63,971 nt of DNA, filler included, from Octopus bimaculoides (GCF_001194135.2; 9 parts of 8 records of this genome joined end to end with filler, not necessarily neighbours in it); one strand, 5' to 3'; shown: positions 51,069-63,419, counted from the whole stretch's first letter. Notes: generated by a model from the letters alone, not told the origin. Program-made: numbers and translations.

Positions 51069-53796
51069 CTTGGTCAAGACTAACCTAGAGCTAAATAACA
51101 ATGATAAAAGACTAATTCAAACTTCAATTCCCCCTTTTCCAGAGTATTTTGTTATGCTTTTGTTGGTGTCTTTTAAAAGAAAGAAAACCTTTTTCTATTT
51201 CCCACTAATAAAGTATTTTTTATATAGTCTCTTCAAGGAAATGCTTGGATAGTGAACCCAACACACTGCATGGCAAGGACCATTTGGTCCCTGTGCACCT
51301 TTAGCAAGGCCCACTCTGTTGCATATATAATACATGCAACATTGACTTTATGTATTTCCTGGAGATCAACCATATCAATCTTATCAATCTTAGAAGACCA
51401 ACAAAAGTCACGAGTATTGCTCCTAAACTCCTGATGTACTTAAAAAAATGTTTGAAAGCTTGTAACATTTATTTAGCGTCCAAAATATAGGTCACGCATT
51501 GTCAAAATGTTTTATAGACTTTTTTGCAATTTAAGCTAATAAATTTAATTGACAGAAACTTATTTTTAAATGTTCACTAAAACTAAATAATCAGGGTTTG
51601 TTTTTATTTCTTGTATTGTTTTCCCATACAAGAGTTCTGTACATTTGCTTATAGTTAGAGTATATCTGGTGTGGTAAGACTGAATGCTCTTCTAAGCATT
51701 AAATGCTTGCTTTATAGCATAAGAGGGAAGTATGTGTCAGCTGGGAAAACTAAAGCAAGCAGCTCTTTCTATTGCCTAAGGAGGATATGCCCATGCCTGT
51801 AGCAGCAAGGTTTGAATATGTGACCATCCAATTAGAAGTACTCTCTTTAACTGGACTTTCAATAGTGGTGTCAATCTGACTTTAAGAGACAAGTATAGTT
51901 GCAATTTTATATTTAATGTTTTAGCTATGTGAATTAATTCTATCTATATTGATTATCAAAATCAGGCCTAACATGATGTCAGTCCCATATTTCATTGGTT
52001 TGTAGTGGCAAGCAGAGTCTGTTTATGTGGTGCTTCTAGAAGACAACCTGGCAGTATCCATTCTTTCCACAATACATTTATGGCAGGGGGGAAACCTTTA
52101 TAATCTCTGCATACTGTCCACTTCTTGGACTGGTTACATTTCGTAGCTGCAGAGAAAATGTAGGCAAGATCAACTTGGATCTTCAGTGATTGCTCCTCAA
52201 ATCTCCCCTAAATCACATCAAAAGGAAAACTGGAACACCCATGATCATAAGTCTGTATAACTTAGGGCACCATGACCGGGAGGTGTGCATCAGCTGCTAT
52301 TGTAATGGCACGCTATCAGTGTGCTGGTATAAATGCTCATGAATGTGTGTGTGTGGAGAGAAATGCTTGTCAATTCGTCACATTGTCTGTTTTAATGTAT
52401 GAGAGTGGGCTGAAAAGTTTATAGGTTGACTGCAAAGGAGTGAGGCTAGAGCTATGAAATCTTGCAGGCATTACGTAGTTTAGGAATGTAGTGTGTGCGT
52501 GTTAGCAGCACTGTCCCATCCCAGATGTGTAGGAATAATTTTCTATGGGTTACATTTGCACTTAGTAGAGCGTCAGCTGCTGTTTGGTGCTTAAGTATGT
52601 TCTGGCGCTGAAGATGAAGCCTTGCCTTTTGAATATCATTGGCAATGATGTAAATGTGAGGTCACCTTGAATAATGATCCAGAGATGAGGAGAAATAATG
52701 TTACCTTTAATTTTTAATTCTTAGTTACACAGCAATTTTTTTGTCTTGTAACAAAATGATGTATGTATAGAATGTATAATTAGTATATAAATTACTACAT
52801 TATTTTAGGTAATTAACTTTTGGACAATGATTCCAAAACATGAGTATGTACACAACTTTAGGAGGGAACAGTGGTTGTAAAGCAGAGTATATTGGCCTTT
52901 GGCTGCCTTTAGCAGGTTCCACTGTCTCCAGCCTCAGAAACCTTGAAAAAGATTTTGGGTATTGCTCTTACTGCTTTAATTAAACCTTATGAATAAAGGG
53001 TCAGTTTGAGAGTCCTACATGTGTATAGCGTATGAATGAGGAAGGTGTGGTCCTCTTTTAATTGTAATTACATTTTAGTATTATTGTTATTTGATGAATT
53101 TCAAGTCCTGATTAAGCTGGACTGTGATCAAACGTATTCAATCTTCTATGTTTAGAACTACACATTCCGATGTCCTTGTGTTTTGAGGGATATTTGACTG
53201 CTATTTCTAGTGCATTTTTTTAAATATTAAGTCATGAATCATCAACATAGAACTGAGCCCCCTTCACACACACACACACACAGATTGCATTAGACAGCTG
53301 CTTTGTTACACAAGCAGATTTTACTTTGACAAATATGTGCCAATGACAGAATCTCTCATATGTCACCCTCCCGGGAAGTTTTATTTTTACATTACATGAA
53401 AATAAAAATGGAATAGTCATGGCTAGACTGTCTTTGAACATGGGTCTGCTTGATCAGGGCTGACCTGTGACTAAATTACAACTCTGACAAACTGTTATAC
53501 ACGTTAAATTATGCACACAGGTTTCAAACTACAATGTTATGATGGATCATTATTATTATTATATTGGTGGTGGGGTGGGGTGGGCTAAGTCGATTACAGT
53601 GCTCAGTGTTCAACTGATGCCTAATTTATCAACTCCGGATGGATGAAAGGCAAAGTCAGCAAGAGCAGAATTTGAACTCTGAATTGCTGCTAACGATTCT
53701 GCCAACTCGCCACCTTGAAATGTATGCTCTTTTACTTGTTTCAGTCATTTGACTGTGGCCATGCTGGAGCACTGCCTTAAGTAGAACAAATCGACT

Positions 53797-54165
53797 CCAG
53801 TGGCTAGGGCAGCGGACTCGCAGTCATAGGATCGCGGTTTCAATTCCCAGACCGGACGTTGTGAGTGTCTATTGAGCGAAAACACTTAAAGCTCCATGAG
53901 GCTCCAGCAGGGCATGCTGGCGAACCCTGCTGTACTCTTTCACCACAACTTTCTTTCACTCTTACTTCCTGTTTCTGTTGTACCTGTAATTCAAAAGGTC
54001 AGCCTTGTCACACTCTGTGTCACACTGAATATCCCCGACAACTACGTTAAGGGTACACGTATCTGTGGAGTGCTCAGCCACTTGCACGTTAATTTCACGA
54101 GCAGGCTGTTCCGTTGGTCGGATCAACTGGAACCCTCAACGTCATAAGCGACGGAGTGCCAACAA
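53797..54165 (+). mobile_element. SINE family C, slightly 5'-truncated, fused to a family A tail fragment (53727-53800, minus strand)
   Basis: Reverse complement of 50699-51068 over ~350 bp. Confidence 0.88.
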
Positions 54166-54693
54166 GCAAGCAAGCATATATTGACAGCAATTTAATGCAA
54201 GGATTGGTTTCACCTTTAAACTGCATTGGCGATTCATTTAACATTTCTCTTGGTATTCCTTCTAACCAAAGTTTTAAAAAAAATTATTTAATCATCCATC
54301 TACCTACACACACATTCATTCCAATTTTTTTCACCCTCATATTGCATTGTTGAGTTATCATCATCATCATCATAACATCTACTTTTCCATGCTTGTATGG
54401 TTCAGTTCATTGAGGCAGATTTTCTATGCTAGGTGCCCTTTCTGTTGCCAAACCTTAACCCATTTCCAAGCAACGCCAACCCTTACCCACTTCCAAGCAA
54501 GGTAAAGTTTCCACAGAATATTAGAAATTAACAACACTGCTTGTATAACAGTGACACTCATTTACAGCTATCATACAATGTCAAAACAAGGAGGCGTGCA
54601 CATGCACGCTGGTATACACAACAGGCTTCTTTCAGTTTCCATCTGATAATTTACGTGCAAGACACTTAAAAAAAAAAATTTGTTAACCTAGGT

Positions 54694-54852
54694 GTAGGGG
54701 TGGCTGTGTGGTAAGTAGCTTGCTTACAAACCACATGGTTCCAGGTTCAGTCCCACTGCGTGGCACCTTGGGGAAGTGTCTTCTACTATGGCCTTGGGCT
54801 GAACAAAGCCTTGTGAGTGGATTTGGTAGACGGAAACTGAAAGAAGCCCATC

Positions 54853-54853
<1 letters not shown>
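54694..54853 (+). mobile_element. SINE family A, 5' half
   Basis: Aligns to the family A head and ends in (TA)n. Confidence 0.8.
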
Positions 54854-54890
<37 letters not shown>

Positions 54891-55104
54891 TATGATGGTA
54901 GTTTTTGACTTATTTAGTCCCTCGAAGCGTGAGGCATTACTACACAGTTAATGCCCTTTATATAAATTATATATATTTATGAAAAAAATGAGAAATTTTT
55001 TTTCNNNNNNNNNNNNNNNNNNNNNNNNNNNNNNNNNNNNNNNNNNNNTTAATTAATTAANNNNNNNNNNNNNNNNNNNNNNNNNNNNNNNNNNNNNNNN
55101 NNNN

Positions 55105-55730
55105 CAAGAGGCAAGACATACGCGTCTGTAGAAATAACATTTGTATCGGAGGAGGCAGCAAAGAAATACGCCAATAAAACACTAGCCAATGGAAATCGGA
55201 TGCTCTTTCCCAATAAGTTGGGTAGACGTCCAACGTGGATTAGAGTGGGTAGGATCCCACCGAAAATAGAGTTGGAATGGGTAATGGCAGCAGTTTTTCC
55301 TGAAAGAGAAGGAGAAGATGTAAGGATAATTATGATAAGCAGAACCCAACAAATAAATTGCTGGGGGTGTGGATTGAATGTGCTTTTTACAGCAAATCAG
55401 AAAGTTTACAGTGACATACCGGAGACACTGGAGCTGCTTAACGAGGACAAACTGGACATAATGTTGGAGAAGAGACCTCCAAAGTGCTACGAATGTGGCA
55501 AAAGAGGTCACATTAGAAGAAGGTGCCCAGAAATAATGGAAAACAAAGAAATGGAAACGCAAGAAGGCGTGATAGAGGAGAGGAAACAGTCACGGGAAGA
55601 GGAGCAGAAAGCTGATTTTGAGGAAGCTAAATCAAGGAAGAGAGAAAGGAGGAGCTCATCGCCGAAAGTCGAACAGAGGAAAAAATACAAATCACAGGAT
55701 CAAGTGGGATCACTGAGGAAAGAAAATAAT
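55105..55730 (+). mobile_element. Gag-like ORF1 fragment of a non-LTR retrotransposon (L1/Tx1-like) with a CCHC zinc knuckle
   Basis: Open frame with IRVGRIPP...RPPKCYECGKRGHIRRRCP (CX2CX4HX4C), followed by a charged low-complexity tail. Bounded by gaps on both sides. Confidence 0.75.
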
Positions 55731-57054
55731 NNNNNNNNNNCTTATTGGGAAAGAGCATCCAATTTCCATTGGCTAGTGTTTTATTGGCGTCTCCGATACA
55801 AATGTTATTTCTATGCTGTTCTGCATTGCTATTATACTGAATAACCATTGTTTTCATGCAATAAATTTAACCCGCGGTGATCCATAAGATAACTATAACT
55901 CTCTAAAAAAGAAAACTAATATATGTCTCTTCTTACTGCCTAAATTTCTTATTTATATTTACCGAATTCTTTGGTAATATTGTTTCAGATTTGAAATTTT
56001 CTATTTGTTTAAGGTACCATAGACAATTCTCTTAAAAATATATTATTTGCGAATTTATGTATTTTATGTTTAGCGTTCCTTGAATTTGCGTGCATCCTTT
56101 AAATTTTTCCTTTTTTGTAGAACTTGTCTTATTCGTTTTTTCTTTCCATTATGGTTATCGATTATATTAACAATTGGATTACATTTTCTTGTATTTCGTT
56201 TTATTCTTTGTTTAAATGTTTTTGTTTGATTTGTTGAGTTCCTATACGAGAAATTCCCAGTAAAAAGAAAAAAAAACACAGACTACATTCCTTAGACACC
56301 CATTTAGTTGTTGCATAGATTATTCGGGTAGCCACGTGATATTGCAGTCTATATCTATGTTAGATAAGTTTATGATGTATTGTTGATCGTATTTAATCGT
56401 TAAGTTTAAATATCGGGAAAATATTTTATTGCTCTACAGCAACGTGACTATCAATCATTTAGACATTTCCCGCTTTGATTATAGTTGTGGCTTGAATTTA
56501 ATGATTAAGATATATTCACTCAAATTTCTGTTTCGTATTTATTTTTGCTTATGTTCCTATATATTATTTATGCGTCTAAGATGAAAGGAATGAGTTCATG
56601 GCTTCTTCAGGCCCCTCCTTCACCTAAAATCGGTGAGTTTGATGCTGTTAACGATTCAGTTCCCAATCGTCAGATGTAGGAAAAAGGAAATTTGTTCCGA
56701 GGAAGAATTTCCAGAGCTGTCGGCTTGGTTAAAGAGACGTGAGTGTTCTGATTAGTCCGGAATGTGAGGTAAGACCATTTTTAAGATACGAGGAGGAAAG
56801 ACGAGTGAAAGAAAACTGCCTGGAGACTGCGGTGTTTGATCTGCCGCCTTCGATTAGTAGGTGCCACTGTTGTTGGATGCATGTAAATAGGGACCACATG
56901 TGAACTGTATACCTCATCAATGATGAACTCGTCACCCTTAGGGGCATTTGTCCTATTTGCAACATGGAGTTTTGGGTCGCAGGCAGAAACATGACTTTGT
57001 CTGCTCGAACGTTAGAGGCGACCAACGTATGTGGTCAGTATTCGCGAGAGACGT

Positions 57055-57330
57055 AAGGCGGCGAGCTGGCAGAAACGTTAGCACGCCGGGAGAAATGCTT
57101 AGCGTCGTTTCGTCTATCATTACGTTTTGAGTTCAAATTCTGCCGAGGTCTGGACTGCGGAATTTCAACTCAAAACCGCAGACTTGAAAGTATGAAAGAC
57201 AAAGTCTGACTTTGCCTTTCATCCTTTCGGGGTCGATAAATTAAGTTGCAGTTGCGTACTTGGGTCGATCTAATTGACTGGCACCCTCCCTCAAAATTTC
57301 GAGCCTTGTGCCCAGAGTAAAATAATATAA
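57055..57330 (+). mobile_element. SINE family B with a 57-bp internal inverted insertion
   Basis: Aligns to 37578-37750 except for the insertion at 57151-57207, and has a different tail (CCCTCCCTCAAAATTTCGAGCCTTGTGCC). Confidence 0.85.
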
Positions 57331-58146
57331 ATATTTGTGTGTAAGGCGGTGATCTGGCAGAAACGTTAGCACNNNNNNNNNNNNNNNNNNNNNNNNNNNN
57401 NNNNNNNNNNNNNNNNTTAATTAATTAANNNNNNNNNNNNNNNNNNNNNNNNNNNNNNNNNNNNNNNNNNNNTATATATATGATGATGTTTTTGAGTATG
57501 TGTGTTCATATATATATGGCAAGACTTTCCATGAGATCGTGACAAGTAAGTGATGTGTTATTATCTAAGTCTACGTCTCAATTTGTACACAAGATGGCCG
57601 TCAGATTAGGCAGGTCAATCTGCTTGCGACCTTAGCTATACAACATTATCAGTTTGTTTGAATTGTTAATGTTTAGTATCAAGTTGTGTGTGTAAGCTTG
57701 TATGTGAATGTGTATGCACGCATGAAAGAGAGAAAGACACAGAGGGAGAGGGAGATAAAGAGGGAGAGATAGATAGTTGTAGTACTTGTGCGTCGGATAG
57801 TCAAGCGCCTTCGCAGAGACGGATTTTGGGAATGGTTTTAGGATTGGATTTCGAGTGTGTGTGTGTGTGTGTGTGTGTGTATGCGTGTGTGTGTGTGCTC
57901 GCGTGCTGGCGTGTGCATGTGTATGCATGTATGTATGTGTGTGTGTGTGTGTGTGTGAGTGTGTTTTGTTTATTATACCCAGACTCTAAATATGAGCTCG
58001 TAATAGTTTCATGTCGTGGAAACAAAATAAAACGGAAGATCTATACAACGTGTCTTCTGGCTTCAGTCGTCCAGGCTCAAGTACCCATGGTATACAAATG
58101 CGAGTGTGTGCGCGTGTAGATAGATAGATAAATCCGTAGGCATCAT

Positions 58147-58185
<39 letters not shown>

Positions 58186-58280
58186 TGGGAGAATGTACGA
58201 AAAAAAGCAACAACAGACGAGGACAGGTGGTGTAAACAACAAAAGGAAGTATTAGTTTGACGCTCGGGAATACAGAAAGT

Positions 58281-58315
58281 CTTTAACGTTTCGAGCTACG
58301 CTCTTCAACAGAATG
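58281..58315 (-). ncRNA. Hammerhead-like motif (core CUGUUGA), same repeat family as 32118-32152
   Basis: Minus strand: CATT CTGTTGA A GAGC GTA GCTC GAAA C GTT AAAG. The flank GTATTAGTTTGACGCTCGG (58249-58267) is shared with 32081-32099. Confidence 0.5.
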
Positions 58316-58369
58316 AATACGGAGAAAACAAGGATATATATATATACACATATACAAATACACATATCA

Positions 58370-58520
58370 ATAGACGATCAGTTAATTATGATTTTATTCA
58401 ACACATTCTCCTCTCACACTTATTGTAGCGGTTCTTCTGTATTTCTAAGCCTCGTTAAAGAACTCGGGAGTTTGGGCCTCCAACTAAGCCTTTCGCAACC
58501 TCCATAAAGCCAGGAACATC
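58370..58520. mobile_element. Remnant related to the 21868-22032 MITE family
   Basis: Shares GATCAGTTAATTAT..TTTTATTCAACA..TCCCCTCTC...CACACTTATTG and AAAGCCAGGAAC with 21868-22032. Confidence 0.55.
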
Positions 58521-59254
58521 TCACCATCCCTCTCGTATCCCCCCCCCACATATATATATATATGTGTGTGTGTATGTGTGTGCATGTGTGTGTCTGTTTG
58601 TGGTATGTGTGTGTGTTTATATATTCACTTACAGAAATCATTTTAAGAGTGAGTTTTAGGTGGATACAGCTTTCTATAATAGCATGTAATACCTTGTTTT
58701 AAATACCCTTGGATGCAAAAAAAAAGATGGTCGAAAATTACCACCGGATACGCAGAAAAAAAGTCACACAGCCTCCCACATACACATACGTGTGTATGTA
58801 TCTGTTTTTCTGTGTAATGTGTGTGTACGTGTGTAGCTCTTTTCCATTTCTTTCAGCTTATTGCTATATATTCTTTATTTATACTTCACAATATATGTAT
58901 ATATATTTCTTTTTTCTCTTTCTTTTATGATAAATCGTTTTTAATCTCTTACTTAAAGACTGTAAAATTGTATTTCTAAGACAGGGCCATTTATTATCAT
59001 AAACTTTCTTTTGTCATTTACTCTCTGGCGCTACTACTACTACAAATAATAATAATAATAATAATGATGGTGTGGTGGTGATGATGATGACGATGATGAT
59101 AACAATAATAATAATGTTAATACGTTTAGTACTTGGTAGTACGTATATGTTCCTGTTAATGACGGTGCCCAGGTTGTTGATGTTCTTCCTCTTGTGATGG
59201 TCTCCTGGGAGCTTTACAGTTTAGGATTTTATCGGTTACTGCCTTTGCTACTAA

Positions 59255-59443
59255 TTTATCATTATTATTGCTGTTATTATTATCATTGTTATTATTATTA
59301 CCATCATTATTATTATTGTCATTATTATTATTATTATTACCATCATTATTATTATTGTCATTATTATTATTATTATTACCATCATTATTATTATTGTCAT
59401 TACCATCATTATTATTATTGTCATTATTATTATTATTGTCATC

Positions 59444-59525
<82 letters not shown>
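59255..59525. repeat. Degenerate (TAT/CAT)n tract with a 39-bp higher-order period, followed by (TAG)n
   Basis: Unit CATCATTATTATTATTGTCATTATTATTATTATTATTAC starts at 59302 and 59341, with a partial unit at 59380. Confidence 0.9.
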
Positions 59526-60297
59526 CTTGAACTATTGTTATCATCGTCATCATTATCATCATTTTTACTAATATTATTACAGTTATAATTTCCATTGTTA
59601 GTNNNNNNNNNNNNNNNNNNNNNNNNNNNNNNNNNNNNNNNNNNNNNNNNNNNNNNNNNNNNNNNNNNNNNNNNNNNNNNNNNNNNNNNNNNNNNNNNNN
59701 NNNNNNNNNNNNNNNNNNNNNNNNNNNNNNNNNNNNNNNNNNNNNNNNNNNNNNNNNNNNNNNNNNNNNNNNNNNNNNNNNNNNNNNNNNNNNNNNNNNN
59801 NNNNNNNNNNNNNNNNNNNNNNNNNNNNNNNNNNNNNNNNNNNNNNNNNNNNNNNNNNNNNNNNNNNNNNNNNNNNNNNNNNNNNNNNNNNNNNNNNNNN
59901 NNNNNNNNNNNNNNNNNNNNNNNNNNNNNNNNNNNNNNNNNNNNNNNNNNNNNNNNNNNNNNNNNNNNNNNNNNNNNNNNNNNNNNNNNNNNNNNNNNNN
60001 NNNNNNNNNNNNNNNNNNNNNNNNNNNNNNNNNNNNNNNNNNNNNNNNNNNNNNNNNNNNNNNNNNNNNNNNNNNNNNNNNNNNNNNNNNNNNNNNNNNN
60101 NNNNNNNNNNNNNNNNNNNNNNNNNNNNNNNNNNNNNNNNNNNNNNNNNNNNNNNNNNNNNNNNNNNNNNNNNNNNNNNNNNNNNNNNNNNNNNNNNNNN
60201 NNNNNNNNNNNNNNNNNNNNNNNNNNNNNNNNNNNNNNNNNNNNNNNNNNNNNNNNNNNNNNNNNNNNNNNNNNNNNNNNNNNNNNNNNNNNNNNNN

Positions 60298-60331
<34 letters not shown>

Positions 60332-60925
60332 TTCCTTTTTGTATTTAGTTTCTTAATGTGAATTTACGTGTTGAATCAAATATTGGTCTGTTTCGGGAGG
60401 GTCATTAAGTCAGTTGCACTGAGTGAAAGAAAAAAAACGCGAAAATATATCTTCAAGAAATGCAACTACATGAACCGAACCAGTTCCTGAAGAAAATGTG
60501 TCTCCACCAGACAAGGCAAAACAAATAAAAAAAACTATAATTAAACAAACCTGTTTCTAGTTTGAAGGAAAAATGAGAACAAAGCCCACTTCATGGCAAA
60601 TACTCAACTAGGACTAATGACAGCGATGTAGATCACATCCGTACTCATCCGTCTCTCTCATGCTCTGGTCACAAACCAGAAACTGAGGTGTGTATCATTG
60701 ATGTGCAATACCAGTCCTCAATGTAGTATTTAGGAAGAATGTGACAAGGCGGGCTGTTCGAAATACACGTACAATTCGTTGTTTTCCAACTCTGTGAACT
60801 GGATTAACGTGAAATAAAATGTTTCGCTCGAGGACACAATGCGTCACCGGAAATCGAACTCCTGACCTTACGATTATGTGGCGATTACCCTAGCCATTAA
60901 GCCACATGTATATATATATTAATAT

Positions 60926-61283
60926 AAACTATTAACAAAGGCAAGGTTTGACCTCAGCAACAAAAATCAAACATTCACTGTATCCAAATGCAATGATAGC
61001 CGATGCGGCACATGCCGATCAATCCATACCGGCCCATATATGAACACAAAAACAGGGAAAATATTCACCAATGCGAACATGAACTGCAAAAGTAGAAATC
61101 TAATCTACTGCATCAAATGCCCTAATTGTGAAGAATTGTACGTTGGCCAGACAGGTAATGCACTATCGGAACGCTCACGGGTACATCGACAACAGATTAA
61201 AAACCCAGAAGTCCGCCAAATACCACTGAGTAACCATCTAGCAACATGTGGTCATCAAACTTTTATTATATTTCCATTCCATA
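60926..61283 (+). mobile_element. Penelope-like retroelement fragment: GIY-YIG endonuclease domain, running into a gap
   Basis: Open frame KLLTKARF...CNDSRCGTC...NCKSRNLIYCIKCPNCEELYVGQTGNALSERSRVHRQQI...PLSNHL. The LIY...YVGQT pair, the Cys motifs and the conserved R/H residues are typical of Penelope-type endonucleases. Confidence 0.88.
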
Positions 61284-62246
61284 NNNNNNNNNNNNNNNNN
61301 NNNNNNNNNNNNNNNNNNNNNNNNNNNNNNNNNNNNNNNNNNNNNNNNNNNNNNNNNNNNNNNNNNNNNNNNNNNNNNNNNNNNNNNNNNNNNNNNNNNN
61401 NNNNNNNNNNNNNNNNNNNNNNNNNNNNNNNNNNNNNNNNNNNNNNNNNNNNNNNNNNNNNNNNNNNNNNNNNNNNNNNNNNNNNNNNNNNNNNNNNNNN
61501 NNNNNNNNNNNNNNNNNNNNNNNNNNNNNNNNNNNNNNNNNNNNNNNNNNNNNNNNNNNNNNNNNNNNNNNNNNNNNNNNNNNNNNNNNNNNNNNNNNNN
61601 NNNNNNNNNNNNNNNNNNNNNNNNNNNNNNNNNNNNNNNNNNNNNNNNNNNNNNNNNNNNNNNNNNNNNNNNNNNNNNNNNNNNNNNNNNNNNNNNNNNN
61701 NNNNNNNNNNNNNNNNNNNNNNNNNNNNNNNNNNNNNNNNNNNNNNNNNNNNNNNNNNNNNNNNNNNNNNNNNNNNNNNNNNNNNNNNNNNNNNNNNNNN
61801 NNNNNNNNNNNNNNNNNNNNNNNNNNNNNNNNNNNNNNNNNNNNNNNNNNNNNNNNNNNNNNNNNNNNNNNNNNNNNNNNNNNNNNNNNNNNNNNNNNNN
61901 NNNNNNNNNNNNNNNNNNNNNNNNNNNNNNNNNNNNNNNNNNNNNNNNNNNNNNNNNNNNNNNNNNNNNNNNNNNNNNNNNNNNNNNNNNNNNNNNNNNN
62001 NNNNNNNNNNNNNNNNNNNNNNNNNNNNNNNNNNNNNNNNNNNNNNNNNNNNNNNNNNNNNNNNNNNNNNNNNNNNNNNNNNNNNNNNNNNNNNNNNNNN
62101 NNNNNNNNNNNNNNNNNNNNNNNNNNNNNNNNNNNNNNNNNNNNNNNNNNNNNNNNNNNNNNNNNNNNNNNNNNNNNNNNNNNNNNNNNNNNNNNNNNNN
62201 NNNNNNNNNNNNNNNNNNNNNNNNNNNNNNNNNNNNNNNNNNNNNN

Positions 62247-62465
62247 GGAAAGTTCGTGCCGATCTATAGTAGTTTACCTTTCGACTTATTTGCCATGAAA
62301 CCACCACTATTCTCGGAAGATGGTATTTTCAAGTTAAAGGAAAGATGGAGAGGAATTGTGCAACAAAATGGTTCATATTTGGTCGATTAAAAATGTAATG
62401 GCAAGTGTTTATTAATCTTTTTCTTTCCTTTAAAAATCGGCAAGAACTTTACGGACAACCCAATA
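62247..62465 (+). mobile_element. Short internally deleted mariner; left TIR partly in the gap
   Basis: Left GAAAGTTCGTGCCGAT matches the reverse complement of the right end, TATTGGGTTGTCCGTAAAGTTCTTGCCGAT. Encodes a transposase C-terminus, EDGIFKLKERWRGIVQQNGSYLVD*. Confidence 0.85.
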
Positions 62466-62895
62466 TATATATATATACAGGCCTATGTGTGTGCGTGTAG
62501 TTGATGCAAAAGGTTTACATGGCGGTTCCTTTTAGCAGTTGTCTCGTATAATTTTGCATCTAACATATATATTCATATATTGAAACATATATGCATGTGT
62601 ACGTTCACACGAACATATGCAAAGATGAACGGAGGTATACAGTTGCGAATTGTATGTGAAAGACTTCTCCGAAACACACACCGAGGCACATATATAAGTG
62701 CGTATGTATAAGTGTTAGATACATGAATCATATATATATATATACATATATATATATATGTATGTATATATGTACGTATATATATAGAAATATATNNNNN
62801 NNNNNNNNNNNNNNNNNNNNNNNNNNNNNNNNNNNNNNNTTAATTAATTAANNNNNNNNNNNNNNNNNNNNNNNNNNNNNNNNNNNNNNNNNNNN

Positions 62896-62955
<60 letters not shown>

Positions 62956-63419
62956 CACGTATATATGTGTATATGCTTCTTTCAGCTGCCATCTATCAAA
63001 CCCCTTTGTAGGCGTTGGTCAGCTCGATGCCAAAGCGTAAGACACCTTCTTAATCTGCTACAGAGACCAATTGAATTCGAAAGCAAGTGACTGGAAAGCA
63101 AACTTCTCAAATACACAAACCATATATAAAGATGAAGATGGAAAAGAAACAAAGGATTTTTTGGTTTTCATTTTATATTTTTAATCATGACAGTATTTCC
63201 CCCTCATTATTGTTAACATAATTCCATTAATTTGGCAATTTGTTGATCTCTCGATTGTAAAAGTTTTCAGCTTTCGAAGCAAAGGAACACTCAATATCAT
63301 TTCTGACCTCTTCACTAATAACGAACTGTTTTCCCTCTGAATAATGTTTGCAACGATCTGAAAGTCAAATGGGGGCAAGGTCAGGAGAGAGGAACGATGA
63401 GGCAATACTTTCATATTTA

